Source: Felis catus (Eukaryota). Taken from it: DNA of 64,000 bases. The notes beneath the pieces are model-generated. The model was not told the DNA's origin. It worked only from the letters and a program-made list of their open reading frames with translations, and did no database searches. The position numbers and the translations under genes are program-made. Shown here piece after piece: positions 39,650 through 51,397 of the stretch (positions are counted from its first letter, which is position 1; each line of letters begins with the position of its first letter). The DNA lies in the NCBI RefSeq assembly GCF_018350175.1, contig NC_058368.1, positions 38,008,001 to 38,072,000 on the forward strand, in the 5' to 3' direction.

Positions 39650-42578
39650 GCGGGGTGGGGGGGGAGTTCAGATGGCAGAGAAGTATGGGGACCAGGATTT
39701 CCCTCATCCCTCACACACAGCTGTATTGAGGTCAGATCACTTGGAACACACAGGAAATGGATCTGCAGAGTGGCAGAAGGTTCTCCACAGAAGAAGGAAG
39801 ATAACTTGGCAGGACTGAGGTGCGAGTATGTGAAATGGGAGAGATAAAATGGCATTGGCATGGAGGGGAAGAGACAAAAAGGAGAGACAGGCTGTGGAAT
39901 TGCAGTATTGTGTTAGTACAAAAGAAAAACCTCTCCAGACCATAGACTGGGAAATGAGAAATACAGAGAGTGTCACTTTCTATTTTGCAAACAGCTTCAG
40001 GAGTTGAAGATTCAAGTTTTCAAAAGTGCACGACTTTCTCCAGATGGGACCCAGCTGTGTGCATGCCTCATGGGGAGGGAGCCAACTCTGGAGCTTGGTA
40101 GCGATCTGGGAGGTACACTCAGAACAGTCTCCTTCCCAAGTAATGTGGGAGGAGGATTTATTGCCTCCTCAAGGACAAAAGACGCTGTAGGCACCAGCCA
40201 GAGGCCTTTTATCAACAGGGCTGAGTACCGCTACACCAGAACAGGATCCATGAGGTACAGGGTCTCCTTTAAGACATCAGGTTGTGAATCCCAGCCAAGC
40301 ACCTGGGAGGCATAAGAGACTATGGAGCAGAGTAAGTTGATTGCCCATGCTACTCTGTGAGAGCTGCCTGAACAGCATGGTTTGAGATACCGGGTCCTGG
40401 GAGAAGAGATTGGGTGTCACCATTTTACTCCCCATCACCAATGTGATGGGACTTCAGAGAGCAACAGTGTTCTCCAGTGGAGGTGGGATCCAGTTATATC
40501 AAACCCCACCCCTCCATGCCCAGTAACTGCTTATGTACTGGAGTGAGAGTGACACTGACTGAAACAGACAGCCTCTCCTCCAGAGCAGCACAACCACCAG
40601 TCCCAGGAACTAACAGACAATTGTCTTGTATTTCTGTTAGTCTATCTTGTTTTTTTTTTTCTGTTTCTTTTCTTTCTACCCTCTTATTCTTTTGGAATTA
40701 GGCTCATAGTTTCTGATTTGGTTTTTGGTTAATTCATATATATGTGTGTGTATATATATGTGTGTATATGTATATATATACACATATATATGAACAATAT
40801 ATACATATATATATACACACATATATATATATGAACAATAATTTAGAATAACCATCATATAACTAATAGCTGGGCTTGAAAAAAGCATATAAGACAACAT
40901 AAGATCTATGGCTGCAGAGATCAAAGACCTAAGAAATAGTCATGAGGAATTATAAATAAGATGCAAAATAAACTAGGTACAGTGACAGAAAGGATGGGAG
41001 AAGCAGAAGAGAGAATAGGTGAAATAGAAGATAAAATTATGGAAAATAATGAGGCTGAAGAAAAGAGGGAAAGGAAATTATTAGACCATGAAAAGAGAAT
41101 TAGCTGTGATTTCATTAAATGAAATTATATCCATATCATAGGAGTTCCAGGAGAAGAAGAGTAAGAGAATGGGGCAGATTATTTGAACAAATTATAGCTT
41201 AGAACTTTCCTAATTTGGGGAAGGAAACAGGCATCGAAGTTTAAGAGGCACAGAGAACTCCTTTCCAAATCAACAAAAACAGGTCAACACCATGACATAC
41301 CATATTAGGCAAAATACAAAGAGAATTCTGAAAGCAGCTAGGGACAAACGGACCTTAGCCTACAAGGGTAGACACATAAGGGTAGTAACAGACCTGTCCA
41401 CTGAAACTTGACAGGCCATAAAGGAGTGGCAGGAAATATTTGATGTCCTAAATAGGAAAAATATGAAGCCAAGAATCCTTTATCCAGCAAGGCTATCATC
41501 CAGAATAGAAGGAAAGATAAAAGCTTTCCCAGACAAAAAACAAAACAAAATAAAACAAAAACTAAAGGAATTCATGACCACTAACCCAGCCTTGCAGGAG
41601 ATCCTCAGACAGAGTCTGTGAGCAGAAAAGTGGAAAGCAGCAAAGACTACAAAGGACCAGAGACATAACTACAAGCACAAAACCTACAGATAACACAATG
41701 ACACTAAATCCTTAATAATCACTATGAATGTAAATGGACTAAATGCCCCAATAAAAAGACACAGGGTATCAGAATGTGTAAAGAAACAACATATGCTGCC
41801 ACAAGAAACTCATTTTAGACTGAGGACACCTGCAGATCAAAAGTGAAGGGATGGAGAACCATCTAACATGCTACTGGGCAGCAAAAGTGAGTCAGAGTAG
41901 CCATACTTATATCAGACAAACTAGATTTTAAAACAACGACTATAAAAAGAGATGAAAAAGGGCATCAGATCATACTTAAGGGGTCCATCCATCAAGAAGA
42001 GCTAGCAAATGTAAATGTTCATGCCCCCAACATGGAATAACCCAAATATATAACTCAATCACAAACATAAATAAATAATATCTAGTCAGAAAATCAATAA
42101 GGAAATAACTCTGAATGACACATTGGACCAGATGGACTTAACATATATATTCAGAACTTTTCATCCAAAAGCAGCAGAATACATATTCTTCTCAAGTACA
42201 CACGGAACATTCTCCAAAATAGATCGCATACTGAGTCACAAAACAGCCCTCAACAAATATAAAAAGTTGAGATCATACCATGCATATTTTCAGATAACAA
42301 TGCTATGAAACTTGAAATCAACCACAAGAAAAAATTTGGAAAGACCCCAAATACACAGAGGTTAAAAAACAACCTACTAAAGAATGAATGAATCAACCAG
42401 GAAATTAAAGAAAAAAAAATTAAAAATACATGGAAACAAATGAAAATGAAAACATGACAGTCCAAACCCTTTGGGATGCAGCAAAGGCAGTCCTATGAGG
42501 AAAATACACTGCAATTCACACCCTTCCCAAGAAGCAAGAAAGATCCCACATAAACAATCTAACCTTACATCTAAAGGA
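39650..42578 (+). mobile_element. Nested LINE-1 with intact 5' end, 3'-truncated after the endonuclease domain, no poly(A)
   Basis: Second L1 5' end (G-run + gttcagatggcagagaagta), ORF1 ~40835-41620, EN domain (DQMDLTYIFRTFHPKAAEYIFFSS); ends at ctaaaggag, after which host ORF1 resumes; degenerate TSD 39636-39649 / 42579-42592. Confidence 0.85.
40736..40832. repeat. (TA/TG/CA)n microsatellite at the L1 5'UTR-ORF1 junction
   Basis: Seen directly. Confidence 0.9.
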
Positions 42579-42804
42579 GGAAAGAATGGATGAACACAGT
42601 GAGAACTTCAACAGAGGTAGAAAATATAATAAAGTACTAAACAATTCGCACAGCTGAAGAATACAATTGAATTGAAAAACTAAAGAGGTTCAACAGCAGA
42701 CTAGATGAAACAGAAGAAATGATCAATAATCTAGAAGATAAGATAGCGGAACTCACTCAAGTAGAGAAGCAAAAAGAGAAAATAATTTTTAAAAAGTGAC
42801 GATT

Positions 42805-43061
42805 GGGGCGCCTGGGTGGCGCAGTTGGTTAAGCATCCGACTTCAGCCAGGTCACGATCTCACGGTCTGTGAGTTCGAGCCCCGAGTTGAGTTCGAGCCC
42901 CGCGTTGAGTTCGAGCCCCGCATCGGGCTCTGGGCTGATGGCTCAGAGCCTGGAGCCTGTTTCCGATTCTGTGTCTCCCTCTCTCTCTGCCCCTCCCCCG
43001 TTCATGCTCTGTCTCTCTCTGTCCCAAAAATAAATAAAAACGTTGAAAAAAAATTAAAAAA
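42805..43061 (+). mobile_element. Young felid CAN-SINE with an 18-bp triplication
   Basis: TSD aaaaagtgacgat (42791-42803, 43062-43074); unit tgagttcgagccccgNNt x3 at 42870-42923. Confidence 0.97.
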
Positions 43062-44641
43062 AAAAAGTGACGATAGTTTAAGGGACCTATTGGACATCGA
43101 GAGAAATAACATTGACATTATGGTGTCACAGAATAGGAAAAGAGAGAAAGGGACAGAAAATGTATTTGAAGAAATAATGGTTGAATGGTTCCAATAATGG
43201 TCTGGAAACAGACATCCAGGTCCAGGAAGCACAGAGAGTTTCAAATAAGATGAACACAAAAAGATTCACACCAAGACAAAATGCAATTAAAATGTCAAAA
43301 GTTATAAAACAGAGAGAATCTTAAAAGTAGTAAGAAAAAGACAACTTGTTATTTACAAGGGAACCCCCCCCTTAAGACTCTAAGTAGAGTTTTCATCAGA
43401 ATCTTTGAAGGCCAAAAGGGAGTGGCACAATATATTCAAAATGCTTAAAAGAAAAAACAAAACAAAACAAAACAACTTCCAACCAAGAATACTCTACCTG
43501 ACAATGGAGAGAACTGGAAGAGAAATAGTCTTTTAAACAAGCAAAAGCTAAAGGAGTTCATTATCACTAAACTAGCCTTACAGGAAATGTTAAAGGGACT
43601 TCTTTAAGCTGGAGAGAAGGGCATTGATTAATAACAAAAAAAAATATGAAAGTATAAAACTCACTATTAAAGGAAATATATAGTAAAGTTAATGGATTAA
43701 TCACTTATGAAGCTAGTATGAAAGTTACAAGACAAAAAATTAGTAAAATTAACTATAAGAATAATAGTCAAGGGATACACAAAATAAAAAGATGTAAAAT
43801 ATGACAGCAAAAACATGAAACATGGGGAGAAGAGACTAATAATAATGTTTTTAAATACATTCAAATTTAAGTTGTTTTCAACTTTAAATAGACTATTATG
43901 TATGTAGGCTGTTATGTATGAAACTTATGGTAACCACAAAGCAAAATCCTATAGTAGATACACAGAGGATAATAGGAAAGGAATCTAAGTATAATATTAA
44001 AGAAAATAATCAAGCCACAAAGAGAGCAATAGACGATAGGAATGAAGAACTACAAAACAGCCAGAAAACAATTTTTTTAATGGCAATACATACATACTTA
44101 ACAATAATTACTTTAAATGTAAGTGGACTAAATTCTCTAATGAAAAACATAGAGTGGCTAAATAAAATAATAAGACCTGTCTATATGTTGTGTCCAAGAG
44201 ACTCACTTCAGACGTAAGGATGCATAAATATTGAAAGTGAAGGAGTGAAAACAGATGATCCACACAAATGGAAACCAGAAGAAAACTGAGATAGCTATAC
44301 TTTATCAGAAAAAAATAGACTCTAAAACAAAGACTATAATAAAACAAAAAGAACTTTCCATAATGATAAAGGGATAAGTACATGAGGATATAATAATTGT
44401 ATATATCCATGCACCCAAGGTAGAAGCAGCTAAATATATAAAGCATATATTAACAGATCTAAAGAAAGAAACTGACAGCAATATAATAATATTTAGAGAT
44501 TCCTACCCCAATTACATCAGTGGATATATGAACCAGACAGAAAATCAATAAGGAAACATTGGCCTTAAATGACACATTAGATCAGATGGATTTTATAGCT
44601 ATATACAGGACATTCCACCCAAAAGCAGCAGAATACACACT

Positions 44642-44865
44642 TTTTAAAAAATGTTTAGTGTTTCTTTATTTCTGAGAGAGAAAGAGAGAGAGCACGAGTG
44701 AGCATGAGCTGGGCAGAGAAGAGAGAGGGAGACACAGAATCCAAAGTAGGCTCCAGGCTCTGAGCTGTCAGCACAGAGCCTGATGCAGGGCTCGAACTCA
44801 CGAACTGAGAGATCATTACCTGAGCCAAAGTCGGATGCTCAAGTAACTGAGCTACCAAGGCGCCC
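44642..44865 (-). mobile_element. CAN-SINE inserted in L1 ORF2
   Basis: TSD cagaatacacact (44629-44641, 44866-44878). Confidence 0.95.
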
Positions 44866-47087
44866 CAGAATACACACTGTTTTAAAGTGCAAATGGATCA
44901 TTCTCTGGTGTATATGATATGTTAGGCCACAGAACAATACTAAGTAAATTTAAGAAGACTGAAATAATATCAAACATCTTTTCTGACCACAACGATATAA
45001 AACTAGAAATCAATTATGAGAAGCAAATCACAATTTTTTTTTTAAAATGTGGTGATTAAACAACATGCTCCTGAACAACCAAAACATCAACACATAAGTC
45101 ACAGGAGAAAAAAAAAAGAAAAAAAATAACCTAGAGACAGAGAAAAATGGAAATACACTTGACCAAAATTTATGGTATGCAGCAGAAGTACTTCTAAGAA
45201 GTTAATAGTAATATAGGCCTACCTCAATAACAAGAAAAATCTCAAAAAGTCTAACTTTACTCATAACGGAACTAGAAAATGAGGAACAAATGAAGCCTGA
45301 AGTTAGAAGGAAGAAAATAGTAAAGATCAGAGAGAAAAAAGAATGAAATAAGGACTAACAACACAGTAGAAAACATTAATGTAACTAAAAGCTGGTTCTT
45401 TGAAAATATAAACAGAATTGGTCAACCTTTAGGTAGACTCACCAAGAAAAAAAGAGGCCTCAAATAAATAAAATCATAAATTAAAGAGAAGTTACAACTT
45501 ATACCAAAGAAATACAAAGATCATAAGAGACTACTATGTACAATTACATGCCAACAAATTGGACAATCTAAAAGAGATGGATAAATTCCTAGAAACAAAC
45601 TTCTAACATCGAATCATGAAGAAATAGGAAATCTGAATAGATCAATTATTAGTATGAAGATTGAATCAGTAATCAACCCTCCCAACAAAAGTCCAGAACC
45701 ATATGACTTCATTAGTGTATTCTACCAAAATTTTAAGAAAATTCAATACGTATCCTTTTCAACTCTTCCAAAAAAAAAAAAAAAAAAAGGAAGAGGTAAT
45801 GCTTCCAAACACAGGTTATAAGGCCAACATTACCTTGATATCAAAACCAGACAAGGATACGCCCCTACACACAAAGAAAGGAAATAAAAAAGAAAAAAAT
45901 ATAGACCAATATTACCGATGAACATAGATACAAAGATCCTCAACAAAATATTAGCAAACCAAATTCAACAATATATTACAAGGATCATATTATGATAAAG
46001 TGGGATTTATTCCAGGGATGCGCAGATGGCTCATATCTGCAAATCAATCAATATGATATACCACATCAACAGAATGGGATCTAAACATAACATGACCATC
46101 TCAATAGATGCAGAAGAGAAAACTTCTGACCAAATTCAACGCATGTTTGATAAAAACTCTCAACAAAATGGCTATACAGGGAATATATCTCAAAATGAAC
46201 AAGACCATACATGACAAGCCCAAATCTAAAATCATACTCAGCGGTGAAAAGCTGAAAACTTTTCTTCTAAGATCAGGACCAAGGCAAGGATGCTCACTTT
46301 CACCTTTTTTACTCAACATAGTATTAGAAGTCCTCACTAGAGCAATTAGTTAAGAAAAAGAAATAAAAGTTACTGAAACTGGAAAGGAAGAAATTAAACT
46401 GTCACTGTTTGTGGATAACATGAATTTGGATACAGAAAACCCTAAGAACTCCAACAAAAACAACTATTAGAACTAATAAGAAAATTCAGTAACATTGTAG
46501 GGTACAAAATCAACAAATAAAAATCTGTTGCAATTCTGGAATGCTAATAACAAACTATCAGATAAATTAAGAAAACAATACCACTTACAATTGCATCAAA
46601 AAGAATAAAAAAACTAGTAATACATTTAACCAAGAAGGTGAATGACCCGTACAAAAAAACTATAGGACATTGGTGAAAGAAAATGAAGAAGACACAACTA
46701 AATGGAAATATATTCCATGGTCATGAACTGGAAGAATTAATAGGGTTAAAATGTCCGTATCACCCAAAGGATTCTACAGATTCAGTGCAATCCATATCAA
46801 TATCCCAATGACATTTTTCACAGAAATGTGACTATTCTAAAATTTGTATGAAACCACAGAAGACCTTGAATAATCAAAGCAGTCTTGAGAAAGAACAAAA
46901 CTGGAGGCACCACACTCCCTGATTTCAAACTATACTGTAAAGCTACAGTAATTGCAACAATATGATATTAAAGTAAAAACCAACACATTGATAAATGGAA
47001 CAGAATAGAGAGCCCAAAAATCAACCCATGCATATGTGGTCAATTAATTTACAAAGGAGCCAAGAATATACAATGGAAATAGGACGA

Positions 47088-47258
47088 TTTGATTTTTATC
47101 TTATTTCTTTTTGAAATTATTTTTTAATTTAAATTTTAGTTACTTAACATACATTGCAATATTAGTTTCATGAGTAGATTTCAGTGATGAATCACTTACA
47201 ACATTCAGTGCTCTTCATAAGCACCCTCCTTAATACCCATATCCTATTTAGCCCATCT
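47088..47258 (-). mobile_element. Short carnivore L1 3' end with tail
   Basis: Similar to the antisense L1 3' terminus at 50945-51085 (ttagttacttaacata, cagtgctc, ccctccttaat, tttagcccatc). Confidence 0.85.
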
Positions 47259-47688
47259 CTATTACTATAATACTATCTGTACACAATTCTTTAATATCAT
47301 AAATATCCAATGTTTAAACTGCATAAATTATTTGATAAATGTCTTTTTTTGTTTTGTTTACAGTTGGTTTGTTTACAGGTTTCCTTTGGCTAATAAGTCT
47401 ATTAAATCTCTTAGCACATTTACTTGTCTTTTTTTTTTTTTTAATCTTGTCATTTGTTTTTTAAAGACACTTTAAAGTCTGAGCCACCCTGGCACCCCTC
47501 CCGTGTTTTTGATTTTACAGATTGCATCCTGTAAGCTGGTAGGAAGTCTAGAGGCTTACTGAAATTTTGGTTTCATTTGGAAGCAAGAACATTCTGGGTG
47601 GGTAAGGTGGGTCAGCTGGTCTTGTGCAGGAGGTGCTGGCTGATGGTTGATCAGGTGCTCTCAGTTTAGTCCTGCATTATAAAGTTCC
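47259..47688 (-). mobile_element. Ancient L1MC/MD-like 3'UTR, distal part
   Basis: Reverse complement reads ggaactttataatg...aagcctctagac...aaacaaaccaactgtaaa...ggatatttatgatattaaagaatt, recalled L1MC-type 3'UTR motifs. Confidence 0.65.
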
Positions 47689-47758
47689 TGGTGGCTAGGT
47701 CCCATAGGGCAAAATGAAGCAGGGACACTGAAGTGACCCCATGAAAAAAAAAAGCCCA

Positions 47759-47793
47759 TTTTTTTCTTTTTTTTAATGTTTATTTATTTATTT

Positions 47794-47824
<31 letters not shown>

Positions 47825-47987
47825 CACGAGCAGAGGAGGAGCCGAGAGAGGGAGACAGAATCCAAAGCAGGCTCCAGGCTGCAAGCTGTCAGCACAGAGC
47901 CTGACGCAGAGCTCAAACTCACAAACCATGAGATCATGACCTGAGCCGAAGCCTGAGGCTCAACCAGCTGAGCCACCCAGGCGCCCC
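47759..47987 (-). mobile_element. CAN-SINE inserted in an LTR
   Basis: T-tail, GA tract, ...ctgagccacccaggcgcccc. Confidence 0.95.
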
Positions 47988-48122
47988 CCTTTTTTTTTTT
48001 CTTTGCTTCCTTTCCGGCTCCTATTCTTGCTAGGGTCTGCAACCCCACCCTACTCTACAGATGCCTTGTAATGCAAATAGCATATATCCTCCTTGTAAGG
48101 GACAAAGAGTTAAGATATCTTT

Positions 48123-48174
48123 TGAAAAAACTTTTTAATATTTGATTATTCTTGAGAGAGAGATAGAAAGAAAG

Positions 48175-48224
<50 letters not shown>

Positions 48225-48356
48225 GAGAATCCAAAGCAGGTTTTGTGCTGTCAGCGCAAAGCCCTCTAGGGGACTCAAACCCAGGAACCAAGAGATCATG
48301 ACCTGAGCAGAAACCAGGAGTCGGATGCTTAACCAACTGAGCCATGCAGATGCCCC
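48123..48356 (-). mobile_element. CAN-SINE with long (GA)n inserted in an LTR
   Basis: TSD-like aagagttaagatatcttt / aagataaggatatcttt. Confidence 0.93.
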
Positions 48357-48824
48357 AAGATAAGGATATCTTTGGAGTCTTCCAGCACAATATATAACAT
48401 CTAAGGAGTAACCAGGCAGAGTCCTCATAGTCTCTAAGACCACTGACTCCAACTTGACACCAAGACTTGAGGGGTGAGTGGCTTAGGAAGGACACCTGGA
48501 CCCTGTACTTGTTCTGACCAGTTCCCAGATGCCTAAGAGTACCCGTGCACCAGACCACAATTGCCAATAAAAACTCCACCGACCCCAAGCAAAAACAAGA
48601 TTCCTGTTCTTTTCCTTTCTGAGTCTCCTGGATACTCTGTCTCTCTGTCTCTGTCTGTCTCGTCTGTCTGCCTCTCTCTCTCTCTCGATTAAGTCTTCAA
48701 TAAACTCTGCCTTTGTTTCCTGCTGGCTCACATTTGATTTCCATCCTGTGTAAAACCAAGGACCCTTTTGGCTAGTCCTGTGGAACCCTCTCTCTGGATC
48801 CTCTGACCCAGCCTGCCTGCATCA

Positions 48825-49202
48825 AGATAATTATATTAATGGCATCAGGAACCAGAATTATCTTTATAAAAGAGACACAAATATAAAATCAAAAAAGTAA
48901 AAGCCTGGTGGTCCTGAATTTTAATTAAATACAACAGTATAAACTCGTGAATATTTTTCCCCTAAAAGATATATGTCCTAAGTATCCCTACTGGAAAGAC
49001 CTAGAAGCAAAGAGCTGCCTAATAGTAATTATTCTGAAATAGGTAAAATGATCGAGGACTTATCCAGCCTCTCCTGTATAGACTAAAATGTCAAGGTAAT
49101 CCAATAGTTGGTGAGGGAAAGTTCTTTATGGGACAGTTTCTGCTAATAAGTACAGAAGGAATCCTGAAGTTTTAATGTCCCTACCATTAAGTAATGGATC
49201 TA
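48825..49202 (+). mobile_element. Ancient L1MC/MD-like 3'UTR, proximal part
   Basis: gaaagacctagaagcaa...ccaatagttggtgagggaaagttctttat...gctaataagtacagaaggaat...taatggatcta. Confidence 0.65.
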
Positions 49203-50473
49203 AGAGGAGTCTTTTCAATAAATGGTATTAGGAAAACTTAACAGCCACATGCAAAAGAATGAAACTTGCCAAAAAAAATCAACTCAAAACAGATTAATAA
49301 CTTTAATGTGAGACCTGAAATCATAAAACTCTTAGAAGAAAACATAAGCAGTAAGCTCCTTGATATAGGGTTTAGCATGATATTTTGGATCTCACTCTAA
49401 AATTAAAGGCAACAAAAATGAAAATTAAAAAAAAAAACGACTACATCAAATGAAAAAGTTTCTGCAAAAAATAGAAACCTTCAACAAATTAAATGAAAGT
49501 TACTAAATGAGAGAAAAATATTTGCAAATCATATCTGATAAGGGGTTAAAAGCCACATTGTGTAGAGAACTCAACAGCAAAAAACAATCTAATTTAAAAA
49601 ATGGCAGAGAATCTGAATAGACCTTCTTCCAAAGTAGAAATACACATGGCTAACAGGCCCATTAAAAATCCTCAATCACCAATAATCACTAATCATCATG
49701 GAAATGCAAATCAAAATCACAATCATACCTGTTAGAATGGCTAATATGAAAAAATGCAACAAATAACCAGTGTTGGCAAGGATGTGGAGAAAAGGGAACC
49801 CTCATGTACTATTGGTGGAAATACAAATTGGTATAGGCACTGTGGAAAACAATACAGAGTTTCCTTAGAAATTAAAAATAGAACTACCATGTGATCCAGC
49901 AATTCACCTTGTATTTATCCAAAGAAAACAAGAGCACTGATTTGAAAAGATATATGCACCCTTTGCTCACTGAAGAATTATTTATAAGAGCCAGGGCATG
50001 GAAACACCTTAAGTGCCCATCGATGAATGAATGGATAAAAAATATTTGGTATATGTATATACAATGGAATACCACTCAGCCATCAAAAAGAAGGATATCT
50101 TACCATTGGTATAATATGGATGGAACTTGAGGTATTATGCTAAGTGAAATAAATCAAAGACAAATACCATATGATTTCATCTTATGTGGCGTCCAAAAAG
50201 CTAAACAAATGAACAAACAAAACAAAACACATAGATACACAGAATAGAATGGTGGTTTCCAGGGGGATCGGGGTTGAGAGGTGGGTGAAAATGGGTGAAG
50301 GAGGTCAAGAGGTACTACTGTCCACTTTTAAAATACTTAATTTATGGGGATGTAATGTATAGAGTCTATAATATTTTAGTGCATATTTGAAGGCTGCCAA
50401 GAGAGTAATTCTTAAAAGTTCTTATCATAAGAAAAAAAAATTGTAAATGTGTGTGGTGACACATGGTGACTAC

Positions 50474-50665
50474 TTCTAAATTATACTGAGGTATTTTCAT
50501 CATCACACTGACAAAAATTCAAAAGCTTAACAATATACTCTGTTAAGGAAGCTGTAGAGAAATGGTCACTCTCATACATTGTTGTTAGAACTGCAAAATA
50601 ATCCATAAAAATTGAGGGGAAGTAGGCATTATCTAATAAAAGTATATACACAAATACAAAACAAA
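50474..50665 (+). mobile_element. Ancient L1ME-like ORF2-end fragment embedded in the host L1 3'UTR
   Basis: aaaaattcaaaagcttaacaata...tgtagagaaatggtcactctcatacattgttg...gcattatctaataaaagt. Confidence 0.6.
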
Positions 50666-51326
50666 ATTCACAGTGTATACAAGTATTGAATCATTACATT
50701 ATACACCTGAAATTAATATAGGTCAGTTGTACCTCAACAACACTAAAAAAAGGGAGAGTTAGTCAAATGCAGTTTTAGAGGCTAGAAAATGAATTATAAA
50801 TATTTATAAAAGGAAGAACAGAAAAGAGAATTAAAAAGGGAGAGGTAATCTGTATTACATGTAGAAAATACAAATAATCTGCAGAGAACTGTTAAATTTT
50901 TAAATTTCTTTTTTTAAATAATATGTATATATTTTATTTTTTTTTTTAATTTAAATCCAAGTTACTTAACCTATAGTTAATAATGATTCCAGGAATAGAA
51001 TTTAATGATTCATCACTTAAATATAACACCCAGTGCTCATCTCAACAAATGCCCTCCTTAATGCCCACCACCCATTTAGCTCATCCCCACACCCAACACC
51101 CTTCAAGGAACCCTCAGTTTGTTCTCTGTATTCAAGAGTCTTTTACAGTTTGTTTCCCTTGGTTTTTATCTTTTTTTTTTTTTGCTTCACTTCCCCTATG
51201 TTCATCTGTTTTATTTCTTAAATTCCACATATGAGTGAAATTATATATTTGTCTTTTTCTGACTGACTTATATCACTTAGTATAATACACTCTAGTTCCA
51301 TTCATGTTGTTACAAATGGCAAGATT

Positions 51327-51356
51327 TCATTCATTTTGATCACTGAGTAATATTCC

Positions 51357-51397
<41 letters not shown>

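Larger units (their letters stand above)
47689..48824 (+). mobile_element. Carnivore ERV LTR containing two SINEs
   Basis: TG start, CA end (tgcatca), aataaa at 48699-48704, CT-rich R-like region and U5-like ccaaggaccc; no matching TSD. Confidence 0.75.
38099..50750 (+). mobile_element. Old full-length LINE-1 (L1MA9-like 3' end), heavily degenerate, hosting nested insertions
   Basis: 5' end ccaagatggcagcataggaagatcc; ORF1 remnants ~39500-39635 and 42580-43600; ORF2 start MAIHTYLTIITLNV at ~44079; RT region RQGCSLSPFLLNIVLEVL with the catalytic motif decayed to FVDN; 3'UTR ending tacacctgaaattaatata...acctcaa. Confidence 0.9.

Noticed and set aside
42796..43197. 133-aa ORF with repeated EFEPRV
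   Set aside because: Translation of the SINE triplication running into decayed L1 ORF1.
48055..48588. 177-aa minus-strand ORF
   Set aside because: A chance frame through an LTR and a SINE (SLSLSL comes from the CT repeat); non-ATG start.
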